Shown: positions 1 to 9,983, numbered from the stretch's first letter. The stretch: 64,000 nucleotides of DNA from an uncultured Gammaproteobacteria bacterium (GCA_964524895.1 CAZGFG010000002.1:41284-105283); one strand, 5' to 3'. Numbers and translations: made by a program. Notes: a model not told the origin generated them from the letters alone.

Positions 1-344
1 GCGAACCATCCTACCAATAGGGAAAAAAGTGGAGGCTCATCCAGCCAAGGTTTTTGGAGCACTACTCCGGCTTTTGGTTGTCCCCCCTGATAATCAACTA
101 CTCCGGCAAAAAAAGTTGCTCTTTTAGGATAGTCCAATGTAGACCAAGAAATAGGGGTACCTGTTTCAATTAAATAGATTCCTGACCAGGCATACAGCAT
201 TTCCTCCAGATTCCCCATCTGGGGGCTTCTCTCAAAGCTATGAGAGCGCAGGACAAATGTAAAATATAAAACTGCCAAAAAAACTAGGATTTTGAAGATT
301 TTATTCCTGCCAAAGACTCGGAGTTGTTTGGGTAGAGCTAGCAT
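1..344 (-). CDS. GT-C-type (PMT_2/GT39-83-like) membrane glycosyltransferase, N-terminal part; runs off the window edge
   Basis: Not in the ORF track; translated by hand from ATG at 344: MLALPKQLRVFGRNKIFKILVFLAVLYFTFVLRSHSFERSPQMGNLEEMLYAWSGIYLIETG...PWLDEPPLFSLLVGWF. Pattern is TM helix + LR + acidic EE loop + PPL motif; open to position 1. Confidence 0.7.
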   Translation of the reverse strand, partial: MLALPKQLRVFGRNKIFKILVFLAVLYFTFVLRSHSFERSPQMGNLEEMLYAWSGIYLIETGTPISWSTLDYPKRATFFAGVVDYQGGQPKAGVVLQKPWLDEPPLFSLLVGWF

Positions 345-351
345 ATAACCA

Positions 352-360
352 ATTGTATCA
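352..360 (-). promoter_or_regulatory. extended -10 promoter (TGaTACAAT), probable leaderless transcript
   Basis: TG-n-TACAAT lies 7 nt upstream of the ATG at 344. Confidence 0.55.
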
Positions 361-378
361 GAGTGTAAGTAAAATAGT

Positions 379-1515
379 TTATTGGGCTTGTTGCCTCAAC
401 CTGATTAGGTCTGCGGCCGAGGTAGCCTGTGGGGTTGCATTTCCCTGTATTTCTCCAAAATTGGCAGAGCCGGTAGCAGTCGGTGTCGGTGTAGGTTGAG
501 GTGTATTGGTGACAGTAGGTGGAGGAGTAGTGGTTTGGGTAGCCGGTAAACTGACCGGTTTCGGTTGACCTACACCAAGAATAAAGTAGGCAGAAGCTCC
601 GGCTACAGCGATTAATAAACCTATAGCAAGTCCAATGACCCATTTGGGAAATGATTTAGTTTCGCCTGCATTGCCTGCCGGTAGATTAGGGATTTCCAAG
701 TTTCCATTTGAACTTGGAGCTAAAGTTTCAGCTTGAGGCGCAGCAGGAGCAGTTTCTTCTACAGAATCACCTATAAGGTGGGATAAGTCGGTAGGAATTT
801 GATCAGCGGCAGTGGGTGCAGCAGGAGAAGAACTGGCTACTGTAGGTTCAAAAGATGGTGCTTCGTTGCTTGGTAGAGGTTGTGGGTTAAAAGAGGGAGC
901 TTGAGGTGTGGCTCCAAAATTTACTGTTAACGGAGAATCCGAAGAGGGAGGCGCAAAAGGTGAGGTAGATATGGGAGTGGCAGATGGAAGGGGGCTTGCA
1001 TCAGGTATCGGATTAGGCGGAGGGGTAAAAATGGTGTTTGTTGCAAAAGCAGAGGGATCACCGGTTGGTTCTTCAGGAGGAGTTGCTGAAGGTAAGTTTC
1101 CCTCGGCAGGGGAGGTTTGGGCTGGGGTAAGATAAGGGCTATTCGTTGGGGAAGCTTGGAATGGGTTAGGAGCAGATGTAGGGTCTACGGGGCCTGGGAT
1201 ATTTTGAGAGAAGTCGGTAGATACCCTTGGGGGAAAAGGGGTAGAAGGAGGTGCTACTGGAGGAGGGGTAGCTGCAAAAGGAGTTTCTACTGGTTGTAAA
1301 GGTGACGAAACAAAAGAAGGAGTCTGGGGCTGTATTAAATCAGGAGGAGACTGGGGGGGACTGGCAAAAGAGGGGTTATCAGTACTAGGTTGTGGCGGGT
1401 TATTATAAGGTTGGTCTAGGGGAGTTTGGGGTAGATTATTCGGAGGGCTTTGGTCGACAGGATTTGTCGCAGAAGAGGGATTATTGGGATCATTCGAATT
1501 GGCAGAATTATCCAT
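379..1515 (-). CDS. Pro/Ser/Thr-rich low-complexity single-pass membrane protein
   Basis: 378 aa: ~290 aa Pro-rich disordered N-terminus, one TM helix (WVIGLAIGLLIAVAGASAYFILG), then a PT-rich tail. Confidence 0.8.
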   Translation of the reverse strand: MDNSANSNDPNNPSSATNPVDQSPPNNLPQTPLDQPYNNPPQPSTDNPSFASPPQSPPDLIQPQTPSFVSSPLQPVETPFAATPPPVAPPSTPFPPRVSTDFSQNIPGPVDPTSAPNPFQASPTNSPYLTPAQTSPAEGNLPSATPPEEPTGDPSAFATNTIFTPPPNPIPDASPLPSATPISTSPFAPPSSDSPLTVNFGATPQAPSFNPQPLPSNEAPSFEPTVASSSPAAPTAADQIPTDLSHLIGDSVEETAPAAPQAETLAPSSNGNLEIPNLPAGNAGETKSFPKWVIGLAIGLLIAVAGASAYFILGVGQPKPVSLPATQTTTPPPTVTNTPQPTPTPTATGSANFGEIQGNATPQATSAADLIRLRQQAQ

Positions 1516-1632
1516 CTGGGATAGATTTATGATGCAGTGTTAGTGTATTAAACCTGAAAGTTATTGTCAATCGGCCGGCTTTATCCAATAGTCGGATTCG
1601 AGTATAATAGGGTAGTTAAAAAGGAGATCACT

Positions 1633-4365
1633 ATGTTAAATATATTTGGGAAGCTGCTTGATTCAAATGATCGGGAAATAAAAAAGCTGAAACAAACAGT
1701 AGAAGCTGTTAACAATTTAGAGGGGAAAATTGCCAAGCTGACCGATAAACAATTAAGGAATAAATTAACCGAATTTCGGTCTCAATACCAAAAAGGCAAG
1801 AGCTTGGAAGCTATCTTACCCGAAGCTTTTGCAGCGGTTAGGGAAGCTAGCAAGCGCAGCTTAAAAATGCGCCATTTTGATGTCCAGGTGATGGCGGCAG
1901 TAGTTTTGCATCAGGGTAAAATAGCCGAACAAAAAACTGGTGAAGGAAAGACTTTATCTGCCACCCCCTCACTGTTTTTAAATGCAGTTACCGAAAAAGG
2001 GGCTCATCTGATTACGGTCAATGATTATCTGGCCCGCCGGGATTGTGGCTGGATGGGACCAATCTTCCATGCTTTAGGGGCAAGCTGTGCCACTATTGTT
2101 CACGAGGCAGCTTATATTTATGACCCCAAATACAAAGATCCCAATCATGGGGATAAAAGACTACAACACCTTCGTCCCATCAGCAGGAAAGAAGCGTATG
2201 AGGCGGATATTACCTATGGGACCAATAACGAGTTTGGGTTTGACTACCTTCGGGACAATATGGCATTTAGGCTGACGGATCAGGTACAACGGGGACATTA
2301 TTTTGCGGTTGTGGATGAGGTTGACTCAATTTTGATAGATGAGGCCCGTACCCCGCTTATTATTTCTGCTCCGGCACAGGAGGCAACAGAAAAGTATTAC
2401 CAGTTTGCAAAGTTGATTGATTCTCTTTCACCCGCTACGGATTACGTAATAGATGAAAAACTCAAAACTGCTCATTTAACAGAACACGGTATTATCAAAA
2501 TGGAAAAAATGTTGGGGGTAGGGAACCTTTATGAAAAGGACTTTTCAACCTTGCATCACTTAGAGCAATCTTTAAAAGCGCGGACTTTATTTGAAAAAGA
2601 TAGGGATTATGTAGTCAAAGATGGAGAGGTCATTATTGTTGATGAGTTTACCGGGAGATTGATGATGGGGAGACGTTATTCCGAAGGACTGCATCAGGCC
2701 ATTGAAGCCAAAGAGGGTGTAGAGATTCAACAAGAAAGTAAAACTTTGGCGACTATATCGTTCCAAAACTATTTTAGGATGTATGAAAAGTTGTCCGGTA
2801 TGACCGGTACTGCAGCTACCGAAGCGGAAGAATTCAATAAAATTTATAAGCTGGAGGTGGTAGCTATTCCGACCAATAATCCGATGGTTAGGGCCGATCA
2901 TCCCGACACTATTTATAAAACCCAAACTGCCAAATATACTGCGGTTGCCAATTTGGTAACAGAGCTTCATGAAAAAGGCCAACCTGTTTTAGTGGGCACA
3001 ACCTCGATTGATAAAAATGAATTTTTGTCTGATCTTTTAAAGCGCAAAGGAGTCTCACACGCATTGCTCAATGCCAAAAATCATGAGAAGGAAGCAGAAA
3101 TTATTTCCCGGGCAGGAGAGAAAGGGGCAGTAACGGTTGCTACTAATATGGCAGGACGTGGCGTAGATATTATTTTGGGAAAAGGAGTTGTCAACTTAGA
3201 AGGTCTTTATGTTATCGGTACCGAGAGACATGAATCCAGGAGAATAGATAACCAGCTAAGAGGTCGTTCCGGCAGACAGGGAGATCCCGGGGAAACCAGG
3301 TTCTTTGTTTCCTTAGAAGATGACTTAATGAGGATTTTTGGAGGAGATCAGGTATCCAAAGTTATGGATTTTTTGAAGATGGGGGATGATGTTCCCATAG
3401 AACACGGCATGGTTAGCAAAGCTATAGAGGGAGCTCAAAAAAAAGTTGAGGGTCACAACTTTGATATCAGAAAGCACACGGTTGAGTATGACGATGTCAT
3501 GAATCAACAACGCCAGATTATCTATCGCATCAGAAAAAGAGTTTTGGAGTCGGCAGAGAGCAATAAAGCATCTTTGAAGCAGGAAATTTTGGGAAAAATA
3601 GACCAGGAGATTTCTCATATTGTAAATATCCACAGCGAGGGGGGAGTAAACAGCAATAAAATCTTGGAAGAGTTTTCAGATATTATTCCACTTGATCCAA
3701 AAAGTAAAGAAGATATAGCTAAAAGGGTGGAACAGATGGGTTCCCTGGAGCAGATAACCACCTTTTTATCTGATTTGGCACAACAATTTTATGCCCAGCG
3801 GGAAAAACAGGTGGGGGATGAGATAGCCAGGCAAATGGAAGTATTTGTCTATCTTAATACTATAGATACATTGTGGATAGAACACCTAGATACCATGGAT
3901 GATCTGCGGTCGGGGATAGGTTTGAGGGGCTATGCCCAAAGGGATCCTTTGATTGAATATAAGCGGGAAGCTTTTGAGCTTTTTGAAAGGCTAATGGTGT
4001 CAGTTGATTATGAGATAGTCCACAGGATTTTCAAAGTAGCAGTACAAGGACAGGAACAAGTTATGCAGCCGGTTGTGGTGGAGGAAAAACATCCGGAGAT
4101 TGAGGTGGGAGTTAAGGAAGAGGTAAAAGAGGTTAAAGAGATAGCTGCAGGAAAGCCGATTGATGAGGTTTTGGAGTCCGAGGAGGCGGTAACTAAAGTA
4201 ACCATAGAAAGAGGAGGAGAAGTCATAGCTCAAGAAAGCTATGGAGGAAATGGAGCAGTTACAAGTGCACATAATAAATTAGGGAGAAATGACCCTTGCT
4301 GGTGCGGGAGAACTAAACCGGATGAAACGCCTATTAAATATAAGCATTGCCACTATCCTAATTAA
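1633..4365 (+). CDS. secA: preprotein translocase subunit SecA
   Basis: KTGEGKT Walker A, DEVDSILIDEARTPLIIS, GRRYSEGLHQAIEAKE, TNMAGRG, RGRSGRQGDPG and a C-terminal SEC-C-like motif. Start moved to ATG 1633, downstream of an AAGGAG SD. Confidence 0.98.
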   Translation: MLNIFGKLLDSNDREIKKLKQTVEAVNNLEGKIAKLTDKQLRNKLTEFRSQYQKGKSLEAILPEAFAAVREASKRSLKMRHFDVQVMAAVVLHQGKIAEQKTGEGKTLSATPSLFLNAVTEKGAHLITVNDYLARRDCGWMGPIFHALGASCATIVHEAAYIYDPKYKDPNHGDKRLQHLRPISRKEAYEADITYGTNNEFGFDYLRDNMAFRLTDQVQRGHYFAVVDEVDSILIDEARTPLIISAPAQEATEKYYQFAKLIDSLSPATDYVIDEKLKTAHLTEHGIIKMEKMLGVGNLYEKDFSTLHHLEQSLKARTLFEKDRDYVVKDGEVIIVDEFTGRLMMGRRYSEGLHQAIEAKEGVEIQQESKTLATISFQNYFRMYEKLSGMTGTAATEAEEFNKIYKLEVVAIPTNNPMVRADHPDTIYKTQTAKYTAVANLVTELHEKGQPVLVGTTSIDKNEFLSDLLKRKGVSHALLNAKNHEKEAEIISRAGEKGAVTVATNMAGRGVDIILGKGVVNLEGLYVIGTERHESRRIDNQLRGRSGRQGDPGETRFFVSLEDDLMRIFGGDQVSKVMDFLKMGDDVPIEHGMVSKAIEGAQKKVEGHNFDIRKHTVEYDDVMNQQRQIIYRIRKRVLESAESNKASLKQEILGKIDQEISHIVNIHSEGGVNSNKILEEFSDIIPLDPKSKEDIAKRVEQMGSLEQITTFLSDLAQQFYAQREKQVGDEIARQMEVFVYLNTIDTLWIEHLDTMDDLRSGIGLRGYAQRDPLIEYKREAFELFERLMVSVDYEIVHRIFKVAVQGQEQVMQPVVVEEKHPEIEVGVKEEVKEVKEIAAGKPIDEVLESEEAVTKVTIERGGEVIAQESYGGNGAVTSAHNKLGRNDPCWCGRTKPDETPIKYKHCHYPN

Positions 4366-4366
4366 T

Positions 4367-5860
4367 CTATTCTACGTAGCCAAAGAGGGAATCGGTTAAA
4401 TTCGTATTTTCACCGGTGCAATTTTTTGCAATCTCTTCTTTAGGTGGAACATCCTCCGGCATCAGCAGCCCGATGTGACCAAATGTTTTTTTGACATTTC
4501 CATAAGCTCGTTCTTGCGGTATAACAATGTTATAAACGGGGATCTTTTTAGACGGGTGGTTTAAGTGTAAATTGTTTAAATAGAAAAATTGCCTAAAGCC
4601 TACATTTTCCCCCGGAGTAGTAATATACGTTATTCCTATGCAAGGATAATTATTTAAAATGACATCCTCTTTAATAAGATTTACTAACGCCTTTTTTTCT
4701 GCATATCCTTTATGATACGGCTCAACTGTTACCAAAAAATATGCATTTTTGACAAATATAACAATTAGCAGAATTGGCAAAAAATACTTCCCCCATCTGA
4801 AAAATTTAAATATGGAATAAAGCAGAAGTGAAATGAATGTTAGGAAAATAAAGTTAAGACTAAAAAAGTAATACTCTGATATCGGACTGGTAGAAACACT
4901 GAAAAAAATAAAAGATCCGATTATCCAAAAATAAAGTGTACCGGTTTCTAAAAAAGTTAAAACCCTGCTTTTAACTAAATAAATGGGGAGAAGCAAAAGG
5001 ATAAAGGTAAGCAAAATTTGAAAAGTGTCGGGGATAGATTGAGGGGAGAAAAAAAGTGCAGCATTGTTTTTAGAAATCATTTCCAATATTGTCAAAGCTT
5101 TAGATAGCCCTCTCTCCCCCGCTTGGGGAGTGATAAAATTTTCTATCAAACTTTTTGTTTGGGAAAAGTTATGACGCACTTCAAATAAGACCAGAGGCAG
5201 GGAGGTTATCAGGAGAGCAGCCAGAAACAAACCAAGCTGTTTGACCCTGGGCATTTTTTTAGAGAGTAGGAATGCTATGGGAACGGCCAGAAGGGTAGGT
5301 AAAAGTGCAATATGGATATGCCAGATGAGCCCTATTAAAATACCCAATAGCGGTAATACCTGGTAATTTCTACGGCTTATTTGAACGAGTGTATATAAGT
5401 ACCAGATGGACCAAAGAGAGGTTGTAATTGTGGGTACCAACCACCGGTCAAAACTGACAGTAACAATAAGTACCGAGTAAAGATAAGCCCCAATCAAACC
5501 TGCCCTCTTATCAAATAATTTGGATAGAACAAAATAGTAACTGACTATATTTAGAACTCCGATAATAACGGTCAAAGCACCCCCGCCGATAGGATCCATA
5601 TTAAAAAGTAAAAAGAAAGGTACGAGTAGATAGTAAAAAAGTGCACCAATAAAAATTCCCGGGGCACTGGTTAATTGCCCTATTAAACGAAAGTGGTGGT
5701 TTACCGCAATATCTTTTACAATCCAAGAATAAAGATCACCATCATGGGCAAATTCAAACCTTTCTACTATCTGATAAGTCCTAAAAAATATGGCTATTAA
5801 AATTATCAAAATAAGTAATATGCCGAATTTGTATTTTTTAATTTTTGCAAATAAACTCAT
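4367..5860 (-). CDS. GT-C-type (GT83/ArnT-like) polytopic membrane glycosyltransferase
   Basis: TM1-FR, loop F-x-x-D, LIGQ...G.FIGALFYYLLVPF, many TM helices and a soluble C-terminal domain. Confidence 0.75.
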   Translation of the reverse strand: MSLFAKIKKYKFGILLILIILIAIFFRTYQIVERFEFAHDGDLYSWIVKDIAVNHHFRLIGQLTSAPGIFIGALFYYLLVPFFLLFNMDPIGGGALTVIIGVLNIVSYYFVLSKLFDKRAGLIGAYLYSVLIVTVSFDRWLVPTITTSLWSIWYLYTLVQISRRNYQVLPLLGILIGLIWHIHIALLPTLLAVPIAFLLSKKMPRVKQLGLFLAALLITSLPLVLFEVRHNFSQTKSLIENFITPQAGERGLSKALTILEMISKNNAALFFSPQSIPDTFQILLTFILLLLPIYLVKSRVLTFLETGTLYFWIIGSFIFFSVSTSPISEYYFFSLNFIFLTFISLLLYSIFKFFRWGKYFLPILLIVIFVKNAYFLVTVEPYHKGYAEKKALVNLIKEDVILNNYPCIGITYITTPGENVGFRQFFYLNNLHLNHPSKKIPVYNIVIPQERAYGNVKKTFGHIGLLMPEDVPPKEEIAKNCTGENTNLTDSLFGYVE

Positions 5861-5947
5861 AACTTCTTAATAGTGTAGTTGATTGTAACTCTGATTACAA
5901 AATAGCTTACCCTTGCTTTTGTCTCTATAGTTGGTTTAAATTAACTG

Positions 5948-7495
5948 ATGAGCAAAAATCTTCTTCTGTTGATTATAGCTGTTTTGCTGGTGGGTTTTGT
6001 TTATAGGCTTTCAGTCACTTCAAACGGTAATTTCATTTTTAATATGGACAATGCCAGGGATATGGTGGATGTTAGGAATATGGTGGAATTGCACAAATTA
6101 AGATTAACGGGTCCAAATTCCGCCATAGAGGGGCTTTTTAACGGACCTGCCTGGTACTATCTTCTGGCAGTCCCCTTTATCTTAAGCGGCGGGGATCCTT
6201 ATGCATCTATTGTTATGGAGATAGTGCTTTGGGCAATAGGCGGATTTTTCTTATTAAAACTTGTGGGCAGGTGGGGAGTTTTTCTGGTAGTGCCAATTGG
6301 AGCGTTATGGATATCCTCAAATTATATTTTTTTAACTAACCTATACGCATTTAATCCAAACCCCGTGACTCTTCTTACTCCCCTTTTTGTATACCTGCTT
6401 TTTAAATATATCCAGACGAATAAATTAATTTGGACTATTTCTGTTTGGTTTTTGGGAGGATTGTTTTTTAATTTTGAAATGAATTTTGGAATATTTGTCC
6501 CGGCGATTATTTTTTTAAGTGTTGTTTTTTCCGGAAAAAGTAATTTGCTTAAAACAAAAAACTTTTGGATTGGAAGCGTATTTTTTGGAATAACCTTACT
6601 CCCCCAGCTCTTATTTGATCTTAAGCATCAATATATTATGAGCAGTTCGGTTTTGAAATTTTTGGCGGAAAATCAAAACCGCAATATAAATATGTTGTTA
6701 AGGTTTATTGAATTAAAAAATAGTTTCTACCAAACCTTTAGTGCAACTATGATGAATCAGAAAAATTTAAGTCTGGTGTTGCTGCTGACTTCTCTGCCCA
6801 TATTGTATAAATTCTTTAAAACCAAAGTACAAAAACGAGATTTGGTAGTTCTGATTAGTATGCTGATTATATTTGTTCCCTTTTTAGGCTATCTAATACT
6901 TCCGGTTGCGGTTAACCCTTGGCATTTGGGAGCTCCCATGGCTGCAGCCGTTATTTTAATAGGATTTACATTAAAAAATCTTTTTGAATTCAAGCTTTGG
7001 GGAAGACTAATATCGCTGACTTTAGCAGGCTTTATAATACTTTTTTCTTTGGGAAATATTAAAAATTTTTATGCCATTGATGCCGGCAAACCTAACAGTG
7101 ATCCTTCTGCATATGTAAATGAAATTGCCGCTGTTGATTATGCTTACCAGAAAGCGAATGGAAAAAATTTTAAAATTTTCGCATACCTGCCTTCCGTAAT
7201 TGATTATCCTTATCAATATTTAATTTGGTGGAGAGGTCTTAATAAGTATGGTTATTTACCGATAGATTACGCCTACTCTCCGAATAAACCTAAATATATC
7301 GCCGATAAGGAAAAATTTTTGCCGGGTAAAGAGGAGATTGGTAAAAGAGAAGACTCTAAATTGGTTTTCCTAATCAAAGAACCGGACAGAATTCGGATGC
7401 GTCAGGCATGGGAAAATGATTATAAGAATTTAGAGTTTGTTTCGAAAGAGATGATAGGGCCCCTTGAGGTAGAAATTAGGCGGGGAGATTTGTAA
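5948..7495 (+). CDS. GT-C-type (GT83/ArnT-like) membrane glycosyltransferase
   Basis: FNMDNARD loop, LTGP...GLFNGPAWYYLLA, NPN, PQLLFDLKH; multi-TM. Confidence 0.78.
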   Translation: MSKNLLLLIIAVLLVGFVYRLSVTSNGNFIFNMDNARDMVDVRNMVELHKLRLTGPNSAIEGLFNGPAWYYLLAVPFILSGGDPYASIVMEIVLWAIGGFFLLKLVGRWGVFLVVPIGALWISSNYIFLTNLYAFNPNPVTLLTPLFVYLLFKYIQTNKLIWTISVWFLGGLFFNFEMNFGIFVPAIIFLSVVFSGKSNLLKTKNFWIGSVFFGITLLPQLLFDLKHQYIMSSSVLKFLAENQNRNINMLLRFIELKNSFYQTFSATMMNQKNLSLVLLLTSLPILYKFFKTKVQKRDLVVLISMLIIFVPFLGYLILPVAVNPWHLGAPMAAAVILIGFTLKNLFEFKLWGRLISLTLAGFIILFSLGNIKNFYAIDAGKPNSDPSAYVNEIAAVDYAYQKANGKNFKIFAYLPSVIDYPYQYLIWWRGLNKYGYLPIDYAYSPNKPKYIADKEKFLPGKEEIGKREDSKLVFLIKEPDRIRMRQAWENDYKNLEFVSKEMIGPLEVEIRRGDL

Positions 7496-7907
7496 CAGTA
7501 ATCTTCCTTTTTTCTTCATCAATTTTTTCCAGTGAGATTTTTATGGATTTTTTGGGGAGTAAACTTTCTGCTTTTTCCGCCCACTCTATAAGGATTAAAT
7601 TGTTCGGATCAAAAAATATTTCCTCCAAACCCAAAGATTGTAGCTGGGAAGAATCTTCCAATCTATACAGGTCAATGTGATAGAGCATATTTCCACTTTC
7701 CGGGATTTTGTGTTGACGGATTAAAACAAAGGTAGGAGAGATGATTTTATCGGAGATACCTAACCCTTCTGCAAACCCTTGGACAAAAGTTGTTTTTCCG
7801 GCCCCCAATTCTCCGCTTAAGGCAACTGTACCCTGTTTCACTTTTGAGGCCAAACCCCGGGCAATTTTCTTGGTTTCTTGCGCGCTTTTGGTTATATATT
7901 CTTCCAT
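7476..7907 (-). CDS. tsaE: tRNA threonylcarbamoyladenosine biosynthesis ATPase TsaE
   Basis: LSGELGAGKTTFVQG, SPTF, YHIDLYRL, IEW motifs. Confidence 0.96.
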   Translation of the reverse strand: MEEYITKSAQETKKIARGLASKVKQGTVALSGELGAGKTTFVQGFAEGLGISDKIISPTFVLIRQHKIPESGNMLYHIDLYRLEDSSQLQSLGLEEIFFDPNNLILIEWAEKAESLLPKKSIKISLEKIDEEKRKITVTNLPA

Positions 7908-7910
7908 GGT

Positions 7911-9266
7911 TTAAAATTTTACCTTATTTTTAAAATAAAGATAAGCGATTGATCCGATTCCGATAAATATCAATGCCGCCCCCACAATCACAATAAAGTT
8001 TGGTTTACCGGTTTTTTCTCCGGCTACTTGGATGGGAGAAGTTTCTTCACTAGTCGTTGCGGCAATTTCGGAAGAATCCGATGAAAAATTATCTTCTGAC
8101 GTTGCTGCCAGTACTGCGGAAGAAGAATCTGAATATATTTCATCGGTTATAGTGGAGGAAGAAGTACCGGTACTTTGGGTTATAATTTCCTCCTGCTTGG
8201 CGTTTAGTTTTATTCCTACCTCATTACTCCAAGTTGGGCTGGAGCCGGAGGCGGTTAAGCGGCCTACCTTAAAAATGTAATCTCCGGCACCTTTGTAGTC
8301 TTTGTCGTAAATATCGGGTTTTATATCTAAGCTGCCTGACCAGGAACCGTTATGGTCTGTAGTTATCTGGTATTGCTCGGAGTGTTCATCTCCATACTCT
8401 ATCCAATTTTCTTCTTTTTTGGTTAAGCCGAAATACCTGGTTCCATCTGTTTTTTTAAATGCTCCCTTCAAATAATAAACGGTGTTAGGACTACCGGAAA
8501 TAGTTAATTCTACTTTTGAGGTAAATGATTGATCGATGGTTATTTCCGAAGGGATATTAGAAATAGTGAAAGAATTGGAAGGAGAGGGGGTTGTGGTAGC
8601 GGTGGGAGTTGGAGTAGATGATGGGGTAGGAGTAGGGCTTGAGGTAGGTGTGGGTGTAGGAGTTGGGGATGGAGATAGAATATCTTGGGTAGGTTCTTCA
8701 AAAACAATATCGTCAAAGTAAGCATACGTTAGACTGGCCGTTGTATTGGACGAGAGAACTAAACGCGTTTTGGCTGATTTGGCATTACTCGGTGCCTGAA
8801 AAGTATTGGTTAGTTCGTGCCATTGATTGTCTGAAGCAGTTACGATATTTGTGTCTTCGGTCGACAATTGGCTTCCGGAGGCATCTGTGGATGCATACCA
8901 TGCTACTCTAATAAAAAAATTCTTTATATTGGAATCATTGGTTAATCCGTAACCACTTACTTTATATGTTTTATCACCGACTATATTGGTAATCGTTTGT
9001 TGGAATCCATACGAAGATGTTTTGTCGTGGTTTACTTTGAGTGAATTAGCATTGTTATGGTTAACTTCTGAAACCACACTAGCAGAGGCCCCACCTCCGG
9101 AACTGACCCAAGGGTCTATATTTCCAGATGTAAAGTCTCCATTTTGTAATAGGTTTGCAGCATAGGTGAAAGAGGTAGAGGGAAATAGATAGATAAGAAA
9201 AGATAAATATAATCCTAGGAGTTTAGGTACAGTATTGCTTAAGAATGTTAAAGAAAGCCTCAACAT
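7911..9266 (-). CDS. surface-anchored protein with an N-terminal CBM4/16/22-like carbohydrate-binding domain, PT linker and C-terminal TM anchor
   Basis: Signal-like N-terminus ending YAA, NLLQNGDF...W, beta-rich domain ending AYFDDIVF, (PT)n linker, Ser/Thr-rich stalk, C-terminal TM plus basic tail. Confidence 0.7.
   Translation of the reverse strand: MLRLSLTFLSNTVPKLLGLYLSFLIYLFPSTSFTYAANLLQNGDFTSGNIDPWVSSGGGASASVVSEVNHNNANSLKVNHDKTSSYGFQQTITNIVGDKTYKVSGYGLTNDSNIKNFFIRVAWYASTDASGSQLSTEDTNIVTASDNQWHELTNTFQAPSNAKSAKTRLVLSSNTTASLTYAYFDDIVFEEPTQDILSPSPTPTPTPTSSPTPTPSSTPTPTATTTPSPSNSFTISNIPSEITIDQSFTSKVELTISGSPNTVYYLKGAFKKTDGTRYFGLTKKEENWIEYGDEHSEQYQITTDHNGSWSGSLDIKPDIYDKDYKGAGDYIFKVGRLTASGSSPTWSNEVGIKLNAKQEEIITQSTGTSSSTITDEIYSDSSSAVLAATSEDNFSSDSSEIAATTSEETSPIQVAGEKTGKPNFIVIVGAALIFIGIGSIAYLYFKNKVKF
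8580..8672 (-). repeat. coding (Pro-Thr/Ser)n linker repeat
   Basis: Encodes SPSPTPTPTPTSSPTPTPSSTPTPTATTTPSPS. Confidence 0.8.
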
Positions 9267-9347
9267 TAGATTACGTAGTTTTAATTAAATCATAGGCCTG
9301 TCCATTATTGGAAACAATCTGAAAACATTCAACCAGTATATTTTAAT

Positions 9348-9383
9348 TATTCCATTTTTTGGCTATTGCCAATTATTGGAATA
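9348..9383. repeat. 36-bp quasi-palindromic element, copy 1 (putative operator or recombination site)
   Basis: TATTCCATTTTTTGGC-TATT-GCCAATTATTGGAATA; arms pair at 13/16 positions; overlaps a TTGCCA -35-like hexamer. Confidence 0.7.
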
Positions 9384-9401
9384 ATATGATCTACTGAATG
9401 T

Positions 9402-9980
9402 ATGGAACAGAAATATCCTACCACCAAAGAAATTATCTATATGTTAGGTATGGGTACTCTTTTAATGGGGACCATACTTTTACCGGGTTTAGGCTATGCA
9501 GCCGGTACGATAATCCGAGCTAAGCGACAGGGAGACTGGGAAAGATCTCAAAAAGAATGGAAAAAATTTAATACCCCTTTACTAAAAAGGAACCTTAAGC
9601 GGTTAAAAGAGCAGAAAGTTGTAGCAGTATCGGAAGAGAACGGGGAGAAGGTCATCAAGCTTACCGAAAGGGGTAAGGTTAAATTTTTCAAATTCAAGCT
9701 GGAAGAGCTCTCTTTAAAAGGCCAAAGATGGGATGGTAAGTGGCGCATAGTGATGTATGACATCGCTAAATTCAAGAAAAATCAACAAAGTGCTTTTAGA
9801 AATATTCTCAAGTATATTAACTTTTTACAACTCCAAAGAAGTGTTTATTTAACACCCTATCCATGTGAAGAACAGGTTAATTATCTTAGAGAGTTTTTTG
9901 GAATAGGGAGTGAGGTGGTATTAATAAGGGCAGATAAGTTGGAAAATGAGCATATATACAAACAATATTTTGGATTGTAA
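9402..9980 (+). CDS. PaaX-like protein: winged-HTH plus Cas2/VapD-like ferredoxin-fold domain
   Basis: LKRNLKRLKEQKVV...IKLTERGK (wHTH wing); WDGKWRIVMYDI...F..LQRSVYLTP (PaaX central/Cas2-like domain). Confidence 0.8.
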   Translation: MEQKYPTTKEIIYMLGMGTLLMGTILLPGLGYAAGTIIRAKRQGDWERSQKEWKKFNTPLLKRNLKRLKEQKVVAVSEENGEKVIKLTERGKVKFFKFKLEELSLKGQRWDGKWRIVMYDIAKFKKNQQSAFRNILKYINFLQLQRSVYLTPYPCEEQVNYLREFFGIGSEVVLIRADKLENEHIYKQYFGL

Positions 9981-9983
9981 TTT

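Noticed and set aside
338-1299. Alternative-frame and antisense ORFs (338..643, 908..1135, 1117..1299)
   Set aside because: Shadows of the Pro-rich low-complexity gene; no independent motifs.
1564-1632. TTG-initiated N-terminal extension of SecA in the ORF track
   Set aside because: ATG 1633 has an AAGGAG SD and matches the usual SecA N-terminus; the extension overlaps promoter-like sequence.
8032-8725. Val/Gly-rich antisense ORFs and 8540..8725
   Set aside because: By-products of the PT/ST repeat codons on the coding strand.
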